From Lytechinus pictus (taxonomy: Eukaryota), in assembly GCF_037042905.1 (NCBI RefSeq), contig NC_087245.1:9426001-9486000 (forward strand): 60,000 nt of DNA, written 5' to 3'. A program made the translations under genes and the position numbers. Each line of letters starts with the position of its first letter. Within the stretch, counting starts at the first letter, position 1. Positions 15,001 through 30,000 of this stretch are shown piece after piece. Under the pieces are notes generated by a model that was given only the letters and a program-made list of their open reading frames with translations, was not told the origin of the DNA and did not search any database.

Positions 15001-18000
15001 GTCAGAAAACAGTCAGATGATCAGAGACATAGGAAAAGAGACAGGGAGAAAAGGCAACAATGTTTTTTTCTTAGGATTCAATAAAGCACAGCAGGGCTCC
15101 GAAACACAAAGGTTTCCAAACAATCATGAAAGTCAAAATGAAATGGCCAATCAAACCCTTTGTTGCATGCAAACATGATTTAACATAACAGCTTACTATC
15201 ACGCAATCAAAATCATCGTTTTGAATTTGTGAATGATAGCAACCTTTGTGTTACTGAACCCATGGTTAGATTGTGGTAGCTATGTCAGCATATAGTGAAT
15301 TAATGGAGATGATTTAAGTCTTTTAATTAAAAGCATTTAGAATTTATAATGCAAAGTGAAGATTATTATTTCAACTGGTATTCGTTATTGTTACAAGAAT
15401 GAGAAACAGGTGGTGCACATCATTGAAAATATACATGATTATTATCTTTCTACAAACATAGGCCATTAACTTGTTCCTGGATAACTTTTAAAAGCTGATG
15501 AAGTGTGTATTTAGATGATCACTGCATTCTCTACATGCACAGCAATGGTTTAATTCTATGATTGCTAAGTCTAATGATGAGTTGTGAGAATGGTTTATTT
15601 AAAAAAAACGAGATCTTATTCAAATAGCTTAATATGTGCTTTAACTCTTTAAACATCTACAGACTATATTAACTTTTGTATCTAAATTACAACACCATGT
15701 TAGGTAATTAAGCTTATCCTGATAACAAGCCTTGGTTCACAAAAGAGTTAAGAGATTTGATCAAACGTAAAAGAATAGCAGTGTCATAAAATAATGACAC
15801 TCTAAAGAGAGAGCCCGAGACAGAGATCAGACAACGGACTGTGAAGTGTAAGAAAGATCGGTAAGATATATTGAAAGGAGCATCCATGATAATTATAGTA
15901 TATCTGCTTGGAAAGTAATGCAAAATCTTACAAGGTAAAGTAAAAAAAAATGAAAAGCTCATTTGATGAGCAAATTACGAATAATGATGAAAAGCATGCT
16001 TTCCCATTTTGTAGATGAATCAAGAAGTATGATCTCAAAGCTGCAAGCATTTTGAAAAACACCGCCCTTCCCTTCAGCAATAGAATGTGTAATCATGAAT
16101 TTATGGACAAAAATCACACAAACTTTAACCAAGATGTAAATATTAGCTTTAAAGATGTACCCCTGCCAGCAGCGAAACAAAAAAAATGAACAAAATTTTA
16201 AATTACGGTAACCTAATCATTCCTAGCACAAATCTAAATTCCTTGAAACACAGTGCAAGTAACAGCTTCTCTGTTTATACCAGGATTATTATGCTGCACT
16301 ACTGTAGAGCGCTTATGGACTTCTAATAAAAGGAAGTGTCAAGCATCATATAAGCAGGTGTAATTATCTTTTTTTTTAATATTATCCAGATTCATGCTCT
16401 CACCTTATTCTCTGCATTCACAACACCAACAGTAGTTATTAATTTCTTCTTATATCATTGCTTACACTGAATGTTTAAAATGAACCTGCATCATTTTACA
16501 ACTGTCCATACCATCTTTAAAAATAGAAATAATCATGCAGCTTTTGCTTTCACAATGCACAGGGAAAAGGGTGAGTTTTCCCTGAATGGGGAGAGTGGGT
16601 CAATACTCACATCTTGCTTTGCTTGTTTCTTGTTCTGTATTCCAACCCGCTGCCTCCAATGAAGCAGGACATTCTCAATCTGATGCCATTGAAGATTAGA
16701 CTTGGACTTGCCTGACTGGTCCTGTGCCATCTTCAGGTTGTCCCTGATGTGGATCATATCTCGTTCCTTCTCTGGTACCTTGTCTTCAGAGTCCATGGTA
16801 GCAAGAAGACCAGCCGGCTGGGAAAAAGAGATCATAATGAGAGCTATTAAGAAGAGTGTAAATAAAGTCATTTCAAGTATGGTGTTGGTGTTGGTGATGG
16901 TTGTAGCACTGGAAACACATTCTAGATTGTCTTCCAAAGCTTAATCCCAGCAATTATAACAAAAAAATTGCTCAAATCACACACTAATGATATATCCAAA
17001 CCAAACTTACAACCACCACTGATTCTAATCTGGTGCCCCTCTACCCTCACCAACGAGCAAAAAAATTTACAAAATATATAGTTCCCAATTGTACTTCCAA
17101 CAATTGCACTGCTGGTGGACAAAATAAAATCTCATTGCTATTATGCAAAAAAAAATATTTACTAGACATGTGACACGTCCACAAGACATACATATAACCG
17201 CTGGATGTGATCATTACGCATTTCTTACTTTTTTATTTGAAAATTGATGTCTGTCATTAGTCCAAACTTTTAGATATGGTTTTGTCCCTGTTGAACGGGG
17301 TAGCGAGATTCACCTTATACTCATAGTACCATTATTCCCTTCCTCCCATTTCGTATAATTCAGTGCATCCTCCATCCTTAGCCTAACCTCAATTTCTCCT
17401 CCTCTACTTGCTTCTTCCATGTATCTAGTTCTGAATCCTGCCTTTAAACATTTATCTTAAAACAGATGTATAAACCTGAAAATATATTGAATATTCAGGA
17501 TATTGAATATGAAGAACCCAGAGTGTGGAAAATTTTGTAGAGTTCTATACAGTTCGTAATCTTGACACCAACATTTATAGACTTTGTCTGCCGATTCAGT
17601 AGCTTGCTTTCTTTTCTTGTGAACCATGCAGGGTCAGGCTCTAACTTCAACGATGCATGCATTTATAATAATGATTTGATTGTAGATATTAATAGAGAGA
17701 ATAGTAACTCTTCCACTCACTAAGATTCTCTTGAGTAGTGCCATAGCAGTGGGATTGCCAGTGATCCACAGACCCACAAGATGTCTACTCAGCTGTCTGT
17801 TGGTAAGCATACGGGTATCTGAGCTTCCTGTGAACATGGCAACATGGAGATGCTTTGGTAGGGCACCCTCTGCCAACGCAAGCTCCTGCATCTTTGCAGC
17901 GATCTCCGCATCCCCCTCCTACAAAACGTGAGAAAGTAAATCCATAACTTTCAAATAGTTCTATACTTATTGAGAGAACAAAAACGGGACAGACAGGCTG

Positions 18001-21000
18001 ATAAAACAGACGGACGACCCAAAATCATAATGCCTCTGGCAACCTTATTTACAGGGAGTGGAGGCATAAAAACATTTGACTAAAAAAGTTATGCCTAAAA
18101 TAATGAAGTTATCAGATACACTCTTGATGGTACCATCTGAACATGGACAGGATTCATCCAATAGTTGAATTCAAACCGAAAATATCCAGGAAGATAATCA
18201 CTGCAAATTATTCACATTAAGATTTACCTATTTAAATAAGAGCATGTGCACAAGAAAATACTTCACCATATTTGATGACAAGATAAATACATGATTTTGT
18301 AAGGATTATTGTTGAATTTTTTCCTATGGAATTTGATTGGCATCAAACTTTACCTCAATGATAGCTTTCATCACAAGACCTGCTCCTTTAACAACCGTCA
18401 TTGATGGATGCTGTCAAAAGAGAAATATGAAATAAGTCAGTATACATGTAAAATGCCCCTCTAGCAAACACATACCTACTCAAGGCAGAGATCTACATTT
18501 AGATAATATTACTTCATTTTCAATTGCAATTTTGACATTTTACATTGTAAAACCAAAGTGTCCTGCAGAACAAGAGCAGCATACCTCTATCAACAGATTA
18601 AATGTTGAGGGGTGCACAAAATCAAATAAAATGCATTATATCATACAAGAATGGCATAATATTTTCCTCATTATTATCATTATCATCACCATCACCATAA
18701 TCATCACCACAATCACCACCACCACCACCATCATCCCTATCCTTATTACCATCCCATTCACCACCACCAGCATCAGCATTCCCCCAGTACCATAATTGAA
18801 ATCACCGCCACCACTACCATCCCCATCCCCACCATCATTATCACTATCACCACCACCAGCATCACCATCATCATTCCCCCAGTACCATAAATGAACTCAC
18901 CACCATCACCACCACTACCATCCCCATCATCATTATCAATATCATGACCACCACCAGCATCACCATCATCATTCCCCCAGTACCATAAATGAACTCACCA
19001 CCATCACCACCACTACCATCCCCATCATCATTATCAATATCATGACCACCACCAGCATCACCATCATCATTCCCCCAGTACCATAAATGAACTCACCACC
19101 ATCACCACCACTACCATCCCCATCATCATTATCACTATCATGACCACCACCAGCATCACCATCATCATTCCCCCAGTACCATAAATGAACTCACCACCAT
19201 CACCACCACTACCATCCCCATCATCATTATCAATATCATGACCACCACCAGCATCACCATCATCATTCCCCCAGTACCATAAATGAACTCACCACCATCA
19301 CCTCCACTACCATCCCCATCCTTATAACAATCCCCATCACCACCATCATTATCACTATCACCACCACCAGCTTCACCATCATCATTCCCCCAGTACCATA
19401 AATGAACTCACCACCATCACCTCCACTACCATCCCCATCCTTATAACAATCCCCTTCACCACCATCATTATCACTATCACCACCAGCATCACCATCATCA
19501 TTCCCCCAGTACCATGAATGAACTCACCATCACCACCACTACCACTACCATCCCCATCCTTATAACAATCCCCATCACCACCATCATTATCACTATCGCC
19601 ACCAGCATCACCATCATCATTCCCCCAGTACCATGAATGAACTCACCACCACCACCACCACTACCATCCCCATCCTTATAACAATCCCCATCACCACCGT
19701 CATTATCACTATCACCATCATCATTCCCCCAGTACCATGAATGAACTCACCACCACCACCACCACCACTGCCATCCCCATCCTTATAACAATCCCCATCA
19801 CCACCATCATTATCACTATCGCCACCAGCATCACCATCATCATTCCCCCAGTACCATGAATGAACTCACCACCATCACCACCACTACCATCCCCATCCTT
19901 ATAACAATCCCCATCACCACCATCATTATCACTATCACCACCACCAGCTTCACCATCATCATTCCCCCAGTACCATGAACGAACTCACCACCATCACCAC
20001 CACCACTACCATCCCCATCCTTATAACAATCCCCATCACCACCATCATTATCACTATCACCATCACCAGCATCACCATCATCATTCCCCCAGTACCATGA
20101 ATGAACTCACCATCACCACCACTACCATCCCAATCCTTATAACAATCCCCATCACCACCATCATTATCACTATCACCATCACCAGCATCACCATCATCAT
20201 TCCCCCAGTACCATGAATGAACTCACCACCACCACCACCACCACTGCCATCCCCATCCTTATAACAATCCCCATCACCATCATCATTCCCCCAGTACCAT
20301 GAATGAACTCACCACCATCACCACTACCATCCCAATCCTTATAACAATCCCCATCACCACCATCATTATCACTATCACCATCACCAGCATCACCATCATC
20401 ATTCCCCCAGTACCATGAATGAACTCACCACCACCACCACCACCACTGCCATCCCCATCCTTATAACAATCCCCATCACCACCATCATTATCACTATCGC
20501 CACCAGCATCACCATCATCATTCCCCCAGTACCATGAATGAACTCACCACCATCACCACCACTACCATCCCCATCCTTATAACAATCCCCATCACCACCA
20601 TCATTATCACTATCACCACCACCAGCTTCACCATCATCATTCCCCCAGTACCATGAACGAACTCACCACCATCACCACGACCACTACCATCCCCATCCTT
20701 ATAACAATCCCCATCACCACCATCATTATCACTATCGCCACCAGCATCACCATCATCATTCCCCCAGTACCATGAATGAACTCACCATCACCACCACCAC
20801 CACTACCATCCCCATCCTTATAACAATCCCCTTCACCACCATCATTATCACTATCACCACCACCAGCATCACCATCATCATTCCCCCAGTACCATGAACG
20901 AACTCACCACCATCACCACCACCACTACCATCCCCATCCTTATAACAATCCCCATCACCACCATCATTATCACTATCGCCACCAGCATCACCATCATCAT

Positions 21001-24000
21001 TCCCCCAGTACCATGAATGAACTCACCATCACCACCACCACCACTACCATCCCCATCCTTATAACAATCCCCTTCACCACCATCATTATCACTATCACCA
21101 CCACCAGCATCACCATCATCATTCCCCCAGTACCATAAATGAACTCACCACCATCACCACCACCACTGCCATCCCCATCCTTATAACAATCCCCATCACC
21201 ACCATCATTATCACTATCACCACCACCAGCATCACCATCATCATTCCCCCAGTACCATGAATGAACTCACCACCATCACCACCACCACTACCATCCCCAT
21301 CCTTATAACAATCCCCTTCACCACCATCATTATCACTATCACCATCACCAGCATCACCATCATCATTCCCCCAGTACCATGAATGAACTCACCACCATCA
21401 CCACCACCACTGCCATCCCCATCCTTATAACAATCCCCTTCACCACCATCATTATCACTATCACCATCACCAGCATCACCATCATCATTCCCCCAGTACC
21501 ATGAATGAACTCACCACCATCACCACCACCACTGCCATCCCCATCCTTATAACAATCCCCTTCACCACCATCATTATCACTATCACCATCACCAGCATCA
21601 CCATCATCATTCCCCCAGTACCATGAATGAACTCACCACCATCACCACCACCACTACCATCCCCATCCTTATAACAATCCCCTTCACCACCATCATTATC
21701 ACTATCACCATCACCAGCATCACCATCATCATTCCCCCAGTACCATGAATGAACTCACCACCATCACCACCACCACTGCCATCCCCATCCTTATAACAAT
21801 CCCCTTCACCACCATCATTATCACTATCACCATCACCAGCATCACCATCATCATTCCCCCAGTACCATGAATGAACTCACCACCATCACCACCACCACTG
21901 CCATCCCCATCCTTATAACAATCCCCTTCACCACCATCATTATCACTATCACCATCACCAGCATCACCATCATCATTCCCCCAGTACCATGAATGAACTC
22001 ACCACCATCACCACCACCACTGCCATCCCCATCCTTATAACAATCCCCTTCACCACCATCATTATCACTATCACCATCACCAGCATCACCATCATCATTC
22101 CCCCAGTACCATGAATGAACTCACCACCATCACCACCACCACTGCCATCCCCATCCTTATAACAATCCCCTTCACCACCATCATTATCACTATCACCATC
22201 ACCAGCATCACCATCATCATTCCCCCAGTACCATGAATGAACTCACCACCATCACCACCACCACTACCATCCCCATCCTTATAACAATCCCCTTCACCAC
22301 CATCATTATCACTATCACCACCACCAGCATCACCATCATCATTCCCCCAGTACCATAAATGAACTCACCACCATCACCACCACCACTGCCATCCCCATCC
22401 TTATAACAATCCCCATCACCACCATCATTATCACTATCACCACCACCAGCATCACCATCATCATTCCCCCAGTACCATAAATGAACTCACCACCATCACC
22501 ACCACCACTGCCATCCCCATCCTTATAACAATCCCCATCACCACCATCATTATCACTATCACCACCACCATCACCATCATCATTCCCCCAGTACCATGAA
22601 TGAACTCACCACCATCACCACCACCACTACCATCCCCATCCTTATAACAATCCCCTTCACCACCATCATTATCACAACCTTCATCACCAGCAACACTATC
22701 ATTACCATTATTACCATCATCATCATCACTGCCATCTCCACTATTATCAATGTTGCTACAAAATCAATTTCAAGAGCATTTTACCTGGAATAATCTATAG
22801 AGGACTCTGCCTTGCTTAGCAACCAGTTCTAATAGCTGATCAAACAGTGTACCATCAGTTGTCTCGCTATACGGCGCACACAGTCCAAATGTCAGAAAGT
22901 CTAGGAGTGAGACTATTACTAGAGCTCCTGTGCCTCGCAGCTAAATAAGAAATGAACAAATGAGAAGTGGCAGTTAGCATATGAAAAGGATATGTGGTAA
23001 ATCAATTTAGTATGCTATTCAGTTATATAGGAAAATCCTAAGGTTGAAACCATTTGCCTTTCTTTTCCTGGGAATTGTTCCTAACATAAGGTCAAATGAT
23101 ATAATGCAAAGACAATTTTTTATACAAGTAATATAATATTTGAGATGCTTTCTAAAAGATTTATCCCAATAGATATCAAATCTTCAAATAGCATACTTTT
23201 ACATATTATATGTTTGACATTGTGAAGTTATATTATTTTGTACAAAGTAATAATGAAAACAAAGAAAAAGAATATTTACAATACTTATTAACACAGGTAG
23301 TGGATGTTATAGCCGAGACCCCCCCCCCCTTCTACTCATTTGCATTTAAATGCAACTCTTTTTCAGACAATCGGCAGTGCACATTAAGGACTTGATTTAT
23401 ACATGTACGTCTGTTTTCAAATGCAAGTTTTACATAACTGATACTCAAAAGAAACAATGGGATTACAGTGGAGAATGTACAGAGAATGTAGATATTGTGA
23501 TTATTCCTACCACATGTTGGCTGAAAAGATCTAAAAGGTTCTCCAGGAAAGACTTTGATGAAAGCAGAGAAGATTTGTTGAGCTGTTCCGTTCTCAGTTC
23601 ATAGTCATCATGCATAGGCTGGACAACAAATAATGTTTTTAGAAAATAATGTTACAGAAAGTCACAAAGTTTTTAACTAAAAATTCATCAAATTTATTTA
23701 TTACAACAGGTAACTTTCACCAATAAGAGAATCATAAAAGGCCAACGAAGAACAAATGAAAATCAATGAAATTCCAGCTAATTTACAGCCTTTCAAAAAG
23801 TCATATCCCACCGTACAGGATCTCTATTAGTAATCCAACACTGGATCACATGTACATGTATAATTTATATTTTGTTTTATCATCTTCTTTGCATATCACT
23901 CTTTCTCAGATTATTAATTTATTTAATATTTAAACAATACATATTTCATTAGTTAGTTAGTTATCAAATTTATTGTTTTATATAAATCACAGACTAAAAG

Positions 24001-27000
24001 ATTTAACCACAATTTCCAGAACATTTTAATGATATCAATACACTGATACAATTTTGTATCACATCTTGCATATAACATTACATGGAAGACAAAACATATC
24101 GTACCATACATTTAATGCAAGGGAAAGGGCAAACAGTTGTTATAAGTAAAACCTAATTGTAACATACCTGCATAAGAGCACATAACATGTCAATAGCTGC
24201 ATGTGTTACACCATCATCCTGCCTTTTCAAGGCCTTCACAACACGAATTCCGACCCTCTCTCGGAACCTAGAAGGGTTTATAAAGAAACATTGTCAAAGG
24301 AGGAATTATGTGATTGATTAGGTTAGGTGCCCAATGAAGATCTGTTGTCCTGAGAAATGAAAACAATTCATATTATATTATAGAATGGATGGGAAAATCC
24401 CTGCAATCTGATTGGTTGAGAGCAATGCAAGAATTTTTACTGGGCTGCATGAACGATATCCCGATAATCAAAACGATATCCACTGTAAACAAGCTATCGT
24501 CCGAAAAGGTCATTGTGATGTCATCGCGCATGTACTGTTACGCTTGTTTACGTCAAAATTTTGAATTTTCGATCAAGGCAGAATGAATCAAATAAAGGAT
24601 GCAAAATGATCTGTAAGTACAAATACGTTACCGTAAATGTCATAGGGATTAAAACTGCCTGCATACTCGTTAGTTGAGAAGTCCAGACATACGATCTAAC
24701 GTTTATAGATCTACTGGCACTGCCCTGGGCTGGCTGTGCACAGCCAAATCTCCAGTGCGGGCCCAGGCGCTAGGCAGCCGTAGGCACTGGCCACCGGAGC
24801 GGCCCGGGCATACACACACAGCTATGGCTGCCTCATAGATCTAGTCAATCACTCAATGCAAAGCTGTATCTGGCATTTTGGGTATAATGATGCCTTTGTG
24901 CCAACATATTATCAAGTTAGGCATACATATTTATGTTTTCCAGGGTTATCAAAGGGTCTGCATTACATTTTGGAATTTTCATGCATCCGGTAAAAAATCA
25001 TGCGTCCAGTAAAAAAAATCATGCGTCCAGTAAATATTTTCATGCGTCCAGTAAATTGAATTTACTGGACGCATGAAATTATCATGCATCCGGTAAATCA
25101 TTAATTTTTGTGGTTTATTCAATAAAATTTTTCCATTCTATAAAACAGATGATGTATGGGTTTCTTTCGTGGGTCAGTGGAACTGTGTGCACGCGGTAAC
25201 TTTGGCATTATGGTCTAAACCCACTCGGCTGCGCCTCGTGGGTTAAACCATGCCAAAGTTACCTTGTGCACACAGTTCCTACTGACCCACTCTAACCCAT
25301 GCATCATTTGTATACTGATGGATAGCTCTCGTGGTTAAGCTTGATGCTTACAATGAAATCATGTAGTTCATCTTCCAATGAAAGTTCCTGTTTAAACTTG
25401 GTACAAAACTACAATATAGATCTAGCGTAATTGACAACATGTCCCTCCAACATCCCAAATCATTTCTGCTTTGAAGCCGACTTACTTTGGTAATGTAGTG
25501 AATGCCCCAAAGCCTGCCTTGGATGCTACTAGTCTCCTCAGGGCTTGAAGGTGACTTTCAAGGATCTCAGCTTGCATTGTCATTGGATCACCTACAAAAT
25601 AGACAGATTGTCAAATATAGAATCATATTGAAAATATCACATAAACCATAGAGCTATTACAGAAGGAGGACCGAGTCTCTCGAACGCTTTGCCCAGACCT
25701 GCCAACCTCTGGGAATGAAAAACTGTATTCTGTGATTAAAAAACTGTATTTTTCCCAAAATTTCATAATAAAATGCTTGGCGCACTCGCTCATCGCGGCG
25801 CTCAAGCTGCATGCAAGCTAAAATGCGCACTGCTCTTGCAGATGAAAAAAAAAACATTAAAACATGTGTATATCATCACCCTGGCTCTAACAAAATGATT
25901 GAAAAAAAAAAACAAGTTACCTGAAATTACATTGATCTAATAACCATATTTGTGTACATTTTATGAAATAGAGACATATAGAGATTATTTTTCTCAATAA
26001 ATTACGATTTAGTAAAAAAAAAAACGTACTAAATACGGCTAAAATTGGGAAAGTTGATTGAATGCAATTTAAAACGCCGTCATTCGGACCCAATGGGTAA
26101 TATCAATAAAATTTACAGATCATAATCAACGAAATATCATAAAAGTTAGGTCTAGATCTATCTCTTCAAGTGCGTCAATTCTAGTATTTTTCCGAAACGG
26201 TCTGGAGCTGAGGCCTGTACTGTGTGAATGAGCTGAGCGCACGAGTTGGAGCTCAAGCATCACACTCACCTTCAACTTACACAAATAGGAGTACGTGGGG
26301 CACCGGAAGATACTCGACGATGCATCAATCGACGTAGAAATGCCCCCATAGATTCCTCGTTATATTTTCAAGGCATACACGACCAACAAATAATCTTACC
26401 ATCTGAATCAACTTTGAAGTATGCTTTTCCCCCTCATTGTAATTTTTAAGACAGGAGCGCACAGGAGAAGGTTTAAATAAAGCAAGAAAGACAGACATGC
26501 GTAAATGACTAATATCCAACTTTCTCTGTAAGTATTGTGGCTGGGTTGAATCAGATTGTAACGTATTTGGTATGTATGCAAAGGGGATCATCTCAGAAGT
26601 TCGACCATACATAAAAGACGTACATCAGGGATCCGTACGAAGAGATATGGATGTTGGGAGAATAGCAAGTCATGTTTCGATTTTGAAAAAAAAACAGAGC
26701 TCGAAGGGAAGTTTTGTGGGAGAACGTCGTTTACGGCGGTGCCTAGCAGGGACCTTCAAAAAATCTCTGACCTCAGATTTTACGAGCGGGCTTATCGCGT
26801 TATGTAAGCGGGCTCTAACTTTCGCCTGGCGGCTCGCCGATTGATGTTAGATATCGTTCCTTTGCCCGAAGGAAGTGATAACAAAGGATTAACAGAGGAA
26901 TTGGAAGATGGTTCTCCTTCTGTAATAGCTCTATGCATAAACATATACCAATCTGTAGCATCAAATATACACATTGAATATAAATATGAACAGCTGTAAA

Positions 27001-30000
27001 AAAAACCAAAAAAAAAACAGATTAACTAGATTATTTTAATTATCAATGCCTAGTGCGCCTAGCGATTAGTTTGGAAACTCTTGCTAGAATACTCCTCAGG
27101 ACGTGGAGAAAGTGCAAACATTCTGTGTGGGTAAGCTAGAATCCAATCAACCAAGATAATAATACACCTATAAAATGCTTAGAAATGTTCCTATGTGTGA
27201 AGTGCTAATAATGGAATGTAATTATCAGTACCCAATCAATGACATCTCAAATGAAAGTTTCATGGCCTTTTTTAATGTGATGAAAATGAAAAATATCATT
27301 GAAGTTTTATGACCAAGGACAACCAATTTTGATAAGATATGTATAGCCAGGGTAATAATAAAAATGTGCCTCGGAATAGATTGTTTCTAGATAGATGGCG
27401 CTATACAAATGCCTATCATCATCATCATCAATATTGATTGATTGATTGATTCAATTTTATTTCTGCACTCAGGCTACAAATATGCAACATAACATCTGGG
27501 TGGTACAATCAAGTTTTACAAAACAATTAAGCAATAGTCATAGTAAAGCAATGAAAAATAAATATTAACAATAAGCAATATTCAATGAAAAGAAAATAAC
27601 AGTTTAAACGAATGCAGGAGACCGCCATCGTGAGCGGTTAAGCTTGAAAATGATGGCGGCCTCGTAAAATGGTACATAAATGTCTTTCTTCATTGATCAA
27701 GTGGGTGCAATGCAGGTGCAGGTGCGGGTGAAGTAAAGGGCAGTTGAATAATTAACTTGAAGAGGGGGATGCATATGATTCGATGATTTTTCTTTTAATA
27801 GTGGCTTTAAGTGAGTATATTGTTGAACATGACTTAACGTTGTTTGAAAAATTGTTCCAAATATCAGGACCATAATGTCGAATTGATTTGTGAGTTATTA
27901 ATAATTTAGGGTTGGTGAGATGAAGGTTTCCTGATGTGCGGGTTGGGTAGGAATGAACAGACCTGTTAAACCTAAACATATCATTAAAGGATGGAGGAAG
28001 TTGATTATTAAAATATTTGAACATAAAGATGGCTACTTGGATCGTATTGATATCAAAGATTTTTAAGGTTTTAAGTTTATGAAACAATGGGTCAGAATGA
28101 GCCAAGTAATGTGACCGTGTGCACATACGGATTGCTCTTTTTTGTAGTTTAAAGACAGAGTTTAGTTTGAAAGAACCACAATTTGCCCAGACGATATTAC
28201 AATATGTTATATAAGGGAGGACTAATGAATTGTATAACAAGAATAAAGTTTTGTCAGGAAGAGTGAATTTTAACTTGGAAATTATCCCAATACTTTTAGA
28301 AACGGACATCGTAACATGGTGTATGTGTTGATTCCAAGTCAAAGATTCGTCCATAATTACACCTAAAAATTTAGATTGTTTTTTCTGTTCTAGGGGGGTG
28401 CCGTCAATGTTAATGTCAATCGGTGTGTTAATGTTATGGGAATGGTGTCTGAAATACATAAAATGTGTCTTTTTTGTATTAAGGGATAGTTTATTGGCTT
28501 TGAACCAGTTTGATACTTTATCAATTTCACGATTTACGATATTGGTTAATGAATTAAGGTCTCTATGAGAATAAAATATATTTGTGTCGTCGGCAAATAA
28601 AACGAAGGATAAAATAGAGGAGGTTGTAATAATGTCGTTAATGTAGAGTAAAAATAAAAGTGGGCCTAAAATGGAACCTTGAGGGACACCACATCGAACT
28701 AAAAGAGAATCAGAGTCGTAACTGTTAAAATTGACATATTGCCTTCGATTATTTAAGTAGTCTTTAAAAAATGAGAGACATTGACCTCGTATTCCATAAT
28801 GGTTGAGTTTGGATAGTAAAATTTCATGGTTGAGGGTGTCAAACGCTTTACTAAGATCGCAAAAAATGCCAATTACGTGTTCTTTGTTCGCTATGGCATT
28901 TGTTATTTTGTCATAAATTTGAAGTAATGCTAAGTCTGTTGAATATTTTTTTCTAAAACCATATTGATTACAATTTAGAATGTTATATTTGTTTATGAAT
29001 TTATAAAGTCTTGTGTAAACTATTTTTTCTAGAATTTTAGATATTGTTGGAAGTAAGGAAATGGGACGGTAATTACTTATTTCGTGAGGGTTGTCTTTTT
29101 TAAAAATCGGATTTACTTTTGCTATTTTGAATAAGTCTGGAAAAACACCTTGAGATAGGGAGTTATTAAATATGTGAGTCAAAGGGCTGGCAAGAGGGTG
29201 AATTATTTGCTTAAGAAGAGACATGTTAATGCCATCGCAACCAGAAGATCTAGAATTATGAAGGGAACGAACAATAGTGATTATTTCGGAGGGGTTTGTT
29301 GGGGCTAAAAAAAGAGATTCTTGATTTGGATCTGAGAGGTAATCTGTAAAATGTGCGTTGGGACTATTAATTTTGTTTGCAAGCTCGGGCCCAATATTGG
29401 TAAAGAAAGAATTAAATGAGTTTGCATAATTAGTGGGATCAAGTATTTCAGATCCATTGAGAGTGATTTTATCATTAGGTGGGGGGTGTGTTTTTGTACC
29501 CAACACTTCTTTGATAATTTTCCAAGTCGTATTTGTATTACCATTGGCATCGTTAATTTTATTAGCAAAGTGCAATTTTCGGGATATTCGAATTAATTTT
29601 GTTAGTTTATTACGATATATTTTATATTCTTTTAAAGAATCATCAGTTGGATTGCGTAAGTGATATTTATATAGGCGATTACGTGTCTGTATGGACTTCA
29701 GTAAACCTTTAGTTATCCAAGGATTTTTGGGTTTGTTACGTTGGTTTTTTACTTTACCTATAGGGATATTCTTTTCATAATAATGTTTTAATGTATTATT
29801 GAAGTTATTGTATGCAATATTGGGATTTACTTCATTATAAACATCATCCCATTCTTCCAAAACTAGGTCTTGCTTCAGTAATTCTATATTTTGTTTAGAT
29901 TCTTTACGATAAGTATATTCTTTGTTTGATTTGGGGAAAGAAAGTTTACATTCACAAGTTAAGAAAATAGGCAGGTGGTCCGAAACTTCTGAACATAAAA

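Noticed and set aside
16403..16410. Second possible microexon (tgcag|AGAATAAG|gtgaga, minus strand)
   Set aside because: 8 nt breaks the frame and the pyrimidine tract is poor; a 6-nt version needs an unfavourable downstream AG.
18780..22793. Repeated 41-aa plus-strand ORFs ([10 protein letters not shown]...PPVP*) chained by ATGA stop/start overlaps; superficially CRISPR-like periodicity
   Set aside because: This follows arithmetically from a 122-bp unit of ACC/ATC triplets, antisense within an intron. There are no unique spacers or cas genes, and the context is eukaryotic.
26270..26620. THAP or RAG1/Chapaev-type zinc finger within the P-like element
   Set aside because: Cys/His spacing cannot be assembled in any single frame.
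29305..29663. Short ORFs overlapping LINE ORF2
   Set aside because: Alternative-frame or antisense shadows with no motifs.
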